NCBI GenBank assembly: GCA_963836435.1
Contig: CAWIJI010000006.1
Span: 62,956 to 126,955 of the forward strand
Reading direction: 5' to 3'
Origin: an uncultured Acidobacteriota bacterium
GTDB taxonomy: Bacteria > Acidobacteriota > Terriglobia > 20CM-2-55-15
DNA: 64,000 bases
Within the stretch, counting starts at the first letter, position 1; each line of letters begins with the position of its first letter. A model generated the notes under the pieces. It made no database searches. It had not been told where the DNA came from and saw nothing but the letters and a program-made list of their open reading frames with translations. This document shows, piece by piece, positions 57,020 through 64,000 of the stretch. A program made the position numbers and the translations under genes.

Positions 57020-59713
57020 TTAATCCCCTTTTGGTCCGGCCTTCTTCAGTTCGGCGGACCAGTTGAGCACGATGTCGATCTCGTTGGCGGGTCGAGCGGA
57101 TTCAGCGGGCTGGACCATCAGAAAACGTTTGCCGTCTGCAGTAACGTCGTAGCCGGACACCGTGGTGCCGCTGAACTTGTACTTTCCTTCGAAGAGCAAT
57201 CGCGGCAGGGTCGCCGAAAAGTCGGCGGTGGCGGAAATTCCCACCGCCATCATCCTGTCGTTGTTCCTGTAGAACAATTCGTCGCGAGACCATACGGGCT
57301 CGGTCCCGCCGTCGGTGGAAATCTTCCACTTGCCATCGAGCTTCGGAAACGGCCGGACGTAGACTTCTTCGCTGCCCGACTCCGTGGAAACGTACGCAAG
57401 CCATCGGCCGTCACGCGAGATGTGAGGATTCCATTCTCGATAAACCGTGTTCAGGAGCGGCTCGATATTGTGTACGCCTTCCATGGACAGCAGCAGGATA
57501 TCCGTACTGGTCTTGGAGTCCGAAGCCGTAAAGGCGAACAGCCTTCCGTCGGGCGAGAAGGCGCCGGGCGTCTGCAGGCCGTCGCCCATGCTTAATCGCT
57601 CTTCGTCCCTGCTGCCATCGGCCATCCTCTGAAAGATGTTGCGAAAGCCCTTGCGCGTCCCGCGATACACAACGCGTGTTCCATCGGGCGTCCACATGGG
57701 CGCCTGGCTGCTGCCGCTCGAGGTCAGGGGAGTCAACGTCGGCCGCGCCAGATCGAAAATCCACGCGCTGAACGAAGGGCCCGCGATGCTGATGGCGAAA
57801 CGCCGGCCATCCGGAGATAGTACCGGCTCCTGGTAGTCCCGAAGGGGTGCCGACAATGGCTCGATGACGCCGTGCCGGTCCACCCAAACCAGACGGGACT
57901 CGTACCATTCGGGGCTGCTCGGGGTGTAGATGAGCGCGCCGGAATCTGAAAGCGCGAATTCCCCGCCCTCGCTCGTGTCCCGAACCCGTGGAGTGAGTGC
58001 CACTGGCGGGCCTCCGGCAAGTTGCAGGCGATCCAGGTCAAAAGGCGCCGCCAACAAAGAATCGGTGCCCTGACGGTAATAGACCAGGTGACCGCTTTCC
58101 TGGTCGTACCGCCCGTTGCGCGACCCGTGAACGACGGACCGCCGCTCGCCCGTCACCAGATTCACCACTTGCAGTTCTGTTTCTTCCCAACCCGGACCTG
58201 TCCAAACCGTGAACAGTACAGCCCTGGCTCCAGGCAAAACCTGCGGCCAGCGGTGGCTCACTTCGCCTTTATCACGGTCCAGGGTTGTAATTTGCTGCGG
58301 CGTTCCTCCCGCAGCAGAAACTTTCGACAAGCCGGAAGTGTTGAGGGGCGCAAAATAAATAACGTCGTCCGCAGACCAGCTCCCACCCGTTCCACGCGCA
58401 GCATCACACACCGTCTCCACCGCTCCGCCGGTTACAGGGGATTTCTTCAACTTCCCCTGAGCAAAGAACGCAACCCACTGCCCGCTGGGGGAAAAAAAAG
58501 GAAGGGAGGCGCCTTCGGATCCCGTGACCAGCTTCGGCTCCGGGTTGTCCATTGCCCGGAGATACAGCTGGGCAGAACTTCCCGGGCGTGCGCTCACATA
58601 CGCCAGGAGTCTGCCATCCGGAGACAGCGCGGCCGGAGGACCCGGGAAACTGTCCAGCTCGTCTCCGGGCGGCAGGGTGACACTCAACTGAACCAGCTCG
58701 GCTTGCGGTGCTGACGCGTTGGGCTTGAGTGTCCACACCGCGGCCGCACCGATGAGGATCGCGAGTAATGCGATCGTCGCCGCAAGTTCGAGGGATATCC
58801 CTTGCCGCCGTCTCTGTGTGACGAGCCTGGCCTCATGAGGGTCGTTCGAGGCGCCTGGTTCAGCGTCCGCCACCCACTTGAGCTCGCGATACAAATCCCG
58901 CGACGATTGCCAGCGTTCTTCCGGGTCCTTGGCCAGACACGTTGCGATGATACGATCGAGCGATTGTGGCGCCACCGGCAGGACTTCTCTGATGGGCCTG
59001 GGCGTGTCCTTCAAAATCGCGCTCATCAGGCTGACGGAACTCTTCCCCTCAAACGCCTTCTTTCCGGTTACCATTTCGTACAGCGTCGCGCCGAATGCGA
59101 ACAGATCTGTGCGCGCGTCTGCTTCTCGGCCTTCCAGCTGTTCGGGCGCCATATACTGCAGACTGCCGATGATCACTCCCTCCGCCGTCACATCGTGCCG
59201 CGTCGGTGCTTGAGAAAGCGTGGAAGGATCCTTGTTCCCCCGCAGCTTGGCCAGACCGAAATCAAGCAGCTTCACTCCGTTGCCGGTAATCATGATGTTT
59301 CCCGGCTTCAGATCCCGATGGGTCACGCCGCTTCGATGAGCCTTGTCGAGCGCGTCCGCAATCGCCATCGCATATTTCAGCGCCCGATCCAGCGGCAGCG
59401 GCCCCCGTTCAAGCTGTCGCGCCACCGTCTCGCCTTCGATGAGCTCCATCACGAGGAAGTCGATCTGGCCGCTGCAACCGACGTCATAGACCACGCAAAT
59501 GTTCGGATGGTTGAGGGAGGCGATAGTCTGCGTTTCGCGTTCAAACCGCGCGCGTGCATCCGGTCTTCCCGATACGTCCTCCCGCAGCACCTTCACGGCA
59601 ACGGTGCGGTTCAGCCGCGGATCCCTGGCTTTGTACACTTCTCCCATCCCGCCTGAGCCAATCAGTTCGATGATTTCGTAGTGACCTAAGCGGGTTCCGG
59701 GCGTCAATGACAC
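57020..59713 (-). CDS. serine/threonine protein kinase with TM helix and C-terminal TolB-like (PD40/WD40) beta-propeller
   Basis: Hanks kinase motifs (GSGGMGEVYKA, VAVKVL, HRDLKPGNIMI, DFGLAK, APE). One TM helix (ATIALLAILIGAAAVWTL). Repeated SPDG(R/T) PD40-type blades. Confidence 0.85.
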   Translation of the reverse strand: MSLTPGTRLGHYEIIELIGSGGMGEVYKARDPRLNRTVAVKVLREDVSGRPDARARFERETQTIASLNHPNICVVYDVGCSGQIDFLVMELIEGETVARQLERGPLPLDRALKYAMAIADALDKAHRSGVTHRDLKPGNIMITGNGVKLLDFGLAKLRGNKDPSTLSQAPTRHDVTAEGVIIGSLQYMAPEQLEGREADARTDLFAFGATLYEMVTGKKAFEGKSSVSLMSAILKDTPRPIREVLPVAPQSLDRIIATCLAKDPEERWQSSRDLYRELKWVADAEPGASNDPHEARLVTQRRRQGISLELAATIALLAILIGAAAVWTLKPNASAPQAELVQLSVTLPPGDELDSFPGPPAALSPDGRLLAYVSARPGSSAQLYLRAMDNPEPKLVTGSEGASLPFFSPSGQWVAFFAQGKLKKSPVTGGAVETVCDAARGTGGSWSADDVIYFAPLNTSGLSKVSAAGGTPQQITTLDRDKGEVSHRWPQVLPGARAVLFTVWTGPGWEETELQVVNLVTGERRSVVHGSRNGRYDQESGHLVYYRQGTDSLLAAPFDLDRLQLAGGPPVALTPRVRDTSEGGEFALSDSGALIYTPSSPEWYESRLVWVDRHGVIEPLSAPLRDYQEPVLSPDGRRFAISIAGPSFSAWIFDLARPTLTPLTSSGSSQAPMWTPDGTRVVYRGTRKGFRNIFQRMADGSRDEERLSMGDGLQTPGAFSPDGRLFAFTASDSKTSTDILLLSMEGVHNIEPLLNTVYREWNPHISRDGRWLAYVSTESGSEEVYVRPFPKLDGKWKISTDGGTEPVWSRDELFYRNNDRMMAVGISATADFSATLPRLLFEGKYKFSGTTVSGYDVTADGKRFLMVQPAESARPANEIDIVLNWSAELKKAGPKGD

Positions 59714-59902
59714 AGCACTCTCCTAAGAGCCGTCATTATGTGCTATTTGGTTGAGGTGCGCCGGACTTCTTCGCGGCGGCGAACCTTTAGCCTGGGCGCT
59801 TGCCAAGCCTTGAAGGGGCGACAACGTGGTTAATCCCGGCGACTTCCAGGACGTTCCGGACCTGAACCGGTTATCTGCCGCCTAAAATGGTGCCGGGGAA
59901 AC

Positions 59903-60622
59903 ATGTATAAAGAAACGGCGGGACGTTCCATAGCCAAGGCTCTTTCTTATCGTTTGTCCGGCAGCCTTACCACGGTTCTGATTGCCTACCTCTTCATAGG
60001 CCGCGCGGGAATTGCATTCACGATTGGCGCACTGGACGTGGCTTTCAAGTTAACGGTCTATTTCCTTCACGAACGGGTCTGGGACAGAATCCGCTTTGGC
60101 AAGCACGAGGTGAAGCCCGTGGTGATCTGGATCACGGGACTTTCGGGCTCCGGCAAGACGTCCCTTGCGGCGGAAGTCACGCGACGGCTGCAGAGCATGC
60201 ACTACCACGTCGAACATCTCGACGGCGATACCGTCCGTCAACTTTTCCCAGATACAGGTTTCACCAGGCACGACGTCGAAGAACACATTCGTCGCGTGGG
60301 CTATCTGGCGAGCAAGCTGGAACAGCACGGCGTGTTTGTGGTGGCTTCGTTCATCTCTCCTTATCACGAATCGCGCGCTTTTGTGCGGAGCCTGTGCCGC
60401 AACTTTATTCTTGTCCACCTTTCAACTCCGGTCGAGGTCTGCGAACTGCGTGAAACGCGGGGACTTTTCGCGAAGGCGCGCCGCGGCGAACTCTCGAATT
60501 TCCCCGGCGTTGACCTGCAATACGAAACCCCGCCCGATGCCCATCTTGTACTGGACACCTCAAATGTTTCTCTGGGGGATGCCGTCAATAGCCTCATGAA
60601 TGCGGTAACACTCCGGATCTAG
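59903..60622 (+). CDS. cysC: DUF2061 membrane domain fused to adenylyl-sulfate (APS) kinase
   Basis: The N-terminal roughly 65 aa are hydrophobic (DUF2061-like). Then an APS-kinase core: ITGLSGSGKTS P-loop, LDGDTVRQLF, FISPYHESR, ARRGELSNFPGVDLQYETP. Confidence 0.75.
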   Translation: MYKETAGRSIAKALSYRLSGSLTTVLIAYLFIGRAGIAFTIGALDVAFKLTVYFLHERVWDRIRFGKHEVKPVVIWITGLSGSGKTSLAAEVTRRLQSMHYHVEHLDGDTVRQLFPDTGFTRHDVEEHIRRVGYLASKLEQHGVFVVASFISPYHESRAFVRSLCRNFILVHLSTPVEVCELRETRGLFAKARRGELSNFPGVDLQYETPPDAHLVLDTSNVSLGDAVNSLMNAVTLRI

Positions 60623-60687
60623 AAAACGTTTCGCTTGGGCCAGCGTTTTGCTCAAATCCTCGCTTGCCCGCAACCCGCGGGAAACAT

Positions 60688-62538
60688 ATGCTCAGCCACG
60701 TGGCACGTTCGATCAATCGTCGTGAAGCCCTGGCGGCACTGTCTTCGATCACCACGATCCCCTTGATGTCTGCCTGCACCCGGGACACCCAGCCGGCCGC
60801 GATCACGACCACGGCCGACGCGAACGCGCTGCTGGACGATGTTGCCAACAATCTGCTGCGGCTTTCGCCGGAGAGCGCAACGTCGTTGGGCATCGACACG
60901 GGTGCAAGAGCGCCCCTTCGCTCTCAACTTGGCGACCGATCGATTCCAGGGCAGCGCCAAATTGCCGCCCAGCTTCGCAGCGACCTGCAGCGGCTCGATA
61001 CTCTCGAGGCGTTGGATCTCCCACATGCCGCACAAACGACTGTCGAGGTCGTACGAAGTGCTTATGCGAGGGCCATCGAGGGATTCTCGCTGCCTTACGG
61101 CGACGTTGCTGTCGGTGGCTGGCGGAACACGCCCTATGTTGTGATCCAAAACGTCGGCGCCTACCTCGACATCCCGCGTTTTCTCGACAGCGACCATCCC
61201 ATCGAAAACGGCACCGATGCCGAAGCGTATCTCGCGCGGCTGGAGTCGTATCCGAGGCAGCTCGATGGAGAACTCGAACGTATCCAGGCTGCGCGCAGTA
61301 CGGGACTCATCGCTCCGTCTTTCCTGATCGACAAGGCCATCGCACAGATGGCCCTGTCCGTGGAGACCGCCCGAAACGGCGGCTCGCTCGTTGAATCGAT
61401 CGAACGGCGGACGAAAAACATTCCCGGGAATTGGTCCGGGCGCGCCCTCATGATCACCAGACAGAACGTTGCTCCCGCGCTGGATCGTCAACTGCAGGAA
61501 CTGATGGCACAGCGTGCCGTCGCAACAGAAGACGCCGGGATGTGGGCGCGCCCTCACGGCGAAGACTACTACCGATGGGCGCTCCAGGCATCGACCACCA
61601 CGGCCATGTCGCCCGACGAAGTCCACCAAATGGGCCAGGACGAACTGCAGCGCCTGCAGGCGCAGATGGACGACGTGCTCAAGCAGATCGGTTACTCGCA
61701 GGGAAGCGTCGGCGACCGCATGAAAGCACTCGCAAAGGATCCACGATATCAGTTCAGCAAAGGCGACAAGGGCCGCGCCGAGATCATCGACTTCATCCAG
61801 AATCGGCTGGCGTGGATTCGTTCGCAGATGCCGCGAGCTTTCAACACGATCGTGAATCCAAACATGGAAGTGAAGCGGCTCCCGCCCGAAGAAGAACCCG
61901 GCGCACCCGCCGCGTACGGAGGCGCGGGATCCATCGACGGCAAGATCCCGGGAAAGTTCTGGATCAACCTTCGAACCACAAGCCTGCACAGCAAGTACAG
62001 CTTGGCCGATCTGGCGTTTCACGAATCCATTCCTGGACACATATGGCAGGGGGAATACACGCACGACATGCCGCTTATCCGTCAGTTGCTCACGTTCAAC
62101 GCCTTTTCCGAAGGCTGGGCATTGTACGCGGAACAACTCGCTGACGAACTCGGCGCTTACATCGATGACCCTGTAGGCCGGGTCGGCTACTTGCAGTCGA
62201 TTGCTTTCCGCGCCTGCCGTTTGGTCGTGGACACGGGAATCCACGCGAAGCGCTGGACTCGTGAACAGGCCGTCCAGTTTTTTGTCGATGTGAACGGATC
62301 GAATCCGCTGGAAGTCGCCAGCGAAGTCGATCGTTACTGCTCCTGGCCCGGTCAGGCCTGCGGCTATAAGGTTGGACACAGCGAGATCAACCGGCAGCGC
62401 GAGAAAAGTCAAAAGGCGTTAGGCCCGGCATTCGACGTCAAGGCTTTCAATGACACCATGGTGCTCGGCGGGAATGTGCCGCTCGACGTTCTTAGCAAGA
62501 ACGTCGAGGAATATATCCGCAGACTCCAGCCCCGCTGA
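60688..62538 (+). CDS. DUF885-family protein (Tat-signal, HExxH-like motif)
   Basis: Tat-like signal MLSHVARSINRREALAALSSITTIPLMSAC. A DUF885-type body including AFHESIPGHIWQGEY. The 586-aa ORF on the opposite strand is taken as an antisense artefact. Confidence 0.65.
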   Translation: MLSHVARSINRREALAALSSITTIPLMSACTRDTQPAAITTTADANALLDDVANNLLRLSPESATSLGIDTGARAPLRSQLGDRSIPGQRQIAAQLRSDLQRLDTLEALDLPHAAQTTVEVVRSAYARAIEGFSLPYGDVAVGGWRNTPYVVIQNVGAYLDIPRFLDSDHPIENGTDAEAYLARLESYPRQLDGELERIQAARSTGLIAPSFLIDKAIAQMALSVETARNGGSLVESIERRTKNIPGNWSGRALMITRQNVAPALDRQLQELMAQRAVATEDAGMWARPHGEDYYRWALQASTTTAMSPDEVHQMGQDELQRLQAQMDDVLKQIGYSQGSVGDRMKALAKDPRYQFSKGDKGRAEIIDFIQNRLAWIRSQMPRAFNTIVNPNMEVKRLPPEEEPGAPAAYGGAGSIDGKIPGKFWINLRTTSLHSKYSLADLAFHESIPGHIWQGEYTHDMPLIRQLLTFNAFSEGWALYAEQLADELGAYIDDPVGRVGYLQSIAFRACRLVVDTGIHAKRWTREQAVQFFVDVNGSNPLEVASEVDRYCSWPGQACGYKVGHSEINRQREKSQKALGPAFDVKAFNDTMVLGGNVPLDVLSKNVEEYIRRLQPR

Positions 62539-62613
62539 GATCTCATCTGCCCTGGCTCCAGCCGGACGCGGCCGAGAAATAAATTCCGACGAAAGCTCAC
62601 CAAAAACCAGCGC

Positions 62614-63489
62614 TTAACGGCCCTTCAGGTCCTTCGAAGAAGCTCGAGGCACACGAACAAGGCTTCCGTCGGCGCGACGACGCCACCGGATGCCTGCAAC
62701 CGTGAAAGACATCTCCGTCACCGGCCGGTCTCCTTCAGGATCGAAGGAGTCTCGCTCCTCGTTCAGGATATATGGTGTGCTCGTCACGTCGCGTGCCGGA
62801 AGGGTCCCCATGTCGATCTCGTAATCTTTGCCGCCGTTATTGGAGTGGACGCGGACCATCAGATTGTAGGCTGGATACGGGCTTCCATTGCGGGCGTAGA
62901 CTCCCCACCGACGTTCATAGGGCGGAACTCCGATGGAGGCGAGTTCGGCCGGCGCCGCCCACTCGACATGACAAGACACATGTTCCGACTCGCGCGGCTG
63001 GAATGCGGCCAGCGCATTTTCCAGAGCGAGTCGAAGATCGCCCACATTGGTGAAGGGCGCGAAGACGATCTCCTGTGTCTCGCCCAGGCGCGCGCGAAAT
63101 GAGGACTGCGATTGCGCAACGTTATCGCGGGCCTTTCCCGGCGCATTCCACACCAGCAGGATTCGTGGCAGGCAAAACTCACGGGCTACATCGAATTCAA
63201 ACTCCACGAACGAACGGTTGGCAGAGTCGCCACCTACGGGCGTGCCCGGTGCATACCCGATGATTCCGACATAGATGTTGCACGCCGCAAGCCTCCGCCG
63301 ACAAACTTCTGCCGGAGTCCCGTCTTCCGCGGCAAATGTGGTCGTCTGCTCCTCTACCGAAAAACCTGGCAACGCGGCAATCGTACGAATCGCGGCACCG
63401 ACGAAATTCCTCGATGGATCCGAGGGCGTATCCAGGTCACTGGTATGGCTGAGGAACACTCGCAGGTGGTCCATCTCGCTTTTCCCCAT
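62614..63489 (-). CDS. DUF4062-domain protein (TIR-like Rossmann N-domain) with uncharacterised C-terminal domain
   Basis: N-terminus MDHLRVFLSHTSDL...AAIRTIAALPGFSVEEQTTTFAAEDGTPAEVCRRRLAACNIYVGIIGYAPG matches the DUF4062 signature (LSHTS...C...D.YVGI.G.RYG). The C-terminal roughly 150 aa have no recognisable family. Confidence 0.5.
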   Translation of the reverse strand: MGKSEMDHLRVFLSHTSDLDTPSDPSRNFVGAAIRTIAALPGFSVEEQTTTFAAEDGTPAEVCRRRLAACNIYVGIIGYAPGTPVGGDSANRSFVEFEFDVAREFCLPRILLVWNAPGKARDNVAQSQSSFRARLGETQEIVFAPFTNVGDLRLALENALAAFQPRESEHVSCHVEWAAPAELASIGVPPYERRWGVYARNGSPYPAYNLMVRVHSNNGGKDYEIDMGTLPARDVTSTPYILNEERDSFDPEGDRPVTEMSFTVAGIRWRRRADGSLVRVPRASSKDLKGR

Positions 63490-63520
63490 TCCGCGTCGAG
63501 AAGCGGTCGCCCGCCGATTT

Positions 63521-63805
63521 TCAGGAGACGCGCAAGATCTCGCGGCCGCCCGTGATCCAGAGGTCGGTGTAGCCGGCCATTTTCTCGCGATACTCCGGAC
63601 TGGCCATCACCTCCTGGAATCTCTTCTCGAACTCGGCGAGGCTTTCGGCCGAGTGTTCCATGATCACCCGGTTAAAGTCGCCGGTAAGGTCGGTCAAGAT
63701 TCGAGCCCCGGGCATTTGAAACGCCGCAACGGCGACCTTGAGCTGGGCTGCGAGTTTGCCGGCGCATCCCGGTTTTGCAACGAACGTATTTCTGATAACA
63801 AACAT
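63521..63805 (-). CDS. small hypothetical protein (ferredoxin-like alpha+beta barrel, Dabb/NIPSNAP-like guess)
   Basis: A 94-aa protein, MFVIRNTFVAKPGCAGKLAAQLK.... The family assignment is tentative. Confidence 0.25.
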   Translation of the reverse strand: MFVIRNTFVAKPGCAGKLAAQLKVAVAAFQMPGARILTDLTGDFNRVIMEHSAESLAEFEKRFQEVMASPEYREKMAGYTDLWITGGREILRVS

Positions 63806-64000
63806 GGATTTCTCCTTTCAAAAGAGGTGACGATCATAGCCTTGTCCACTGTTCTAGTGCCGAAATTTCCGCTCTGATGGCCCCAGGGTTTACACGTCCC
63901 TGCAAACCAGCTCGGCCCGGCCTCCGGATGACGTTCCCTTCTTCGCAAAGAAGAAGGATGACCTGCCTCCCCTGTTCGACTATCGGTGACCGGGAAAGCC

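Noticed and set aside
60652-62412. 586-aa minus-strand ORF opposite the DUF885 gene
   Set aside because: It looks like an antisense artefact of a GC-rich gene. The plus-strand product has a Tat signal and the conserved DUF885 motif, and the minus product is featureless.

Overview
This 64 kb window looks like high-GC (about 60-65%) Acidobacteria-type chromosome. The evidence is many secreted carboxypeptidase-regulatory-like (CarboxypepD_reg) paralogs, Acidobacterial-type VWA proteins, and a Ser/Thr kinase with a TolB-like beta-propeller.

The two ends (1-12.7 kb and 46.5-64 kb) carry ordinary genes:
- secreted hydrolases: S41 peptidase, type-B carboxylesterase, M28 peptidase, GH28, amidohydrolase
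- a sugar-acid cluster: L-fuconate dehydratase plus an MFS transporter
- APS kinase, a DUF885 protein and a DUF4062 protein

The middle (about 12.7-46.5 kb) is a heavily decayed accessory region. It contains:
- an IS1182-family element that splits a TIR-TM-WD40 gene
- an IS91-family transposase plus three IS91 fragments
- an IS3 orfA fragment and tyrosine-integrase fragments
- a degenerate, apparently nested group II intron
- two families of short structured repeats
- a roughly 510-bp segmental duplication
- a decayed NRPS fragment
- at least five toxin-antitoxin modules: two VapBC, BrnTA, a zeta-like ATPase cassette and a VapC fragment
- many frameshifted pseudogenes: CarboxypepD_reg, a PDZ-hydrolase, an aldo/keto reductase, a DinB fragment and an MDR oxidoreductase fragment

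The most interesting candidate for an undescribed system is the divergent pair at about 26.9-33.2 kb. One gene is the IS-disrupted TIR-transmembrane-WD40 gene. The other encodes a 716-aa protein combining a SEC-C metal-binding motif, a long coiled coil and a C-terminal RelE/ParE-like toxin fold.

Other notable items:
- a 510-bp intergenic array of nested direct and inverted repeats at 56.45-56.96 kb with an AT-rich promoter-like leader
- a small zeta-toxin-like cassette inserted at the 3' end of the AKR gene and flanked by 51-bp direct repeats
- recurrent Gly/Arg-rich low-complexity inserts in four unrelated secreted proteins

All calls are from reading the sequence and ORF translations. No database search was run. 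Coordinates of features not on the ORF track are approximate to +/-2 nt.
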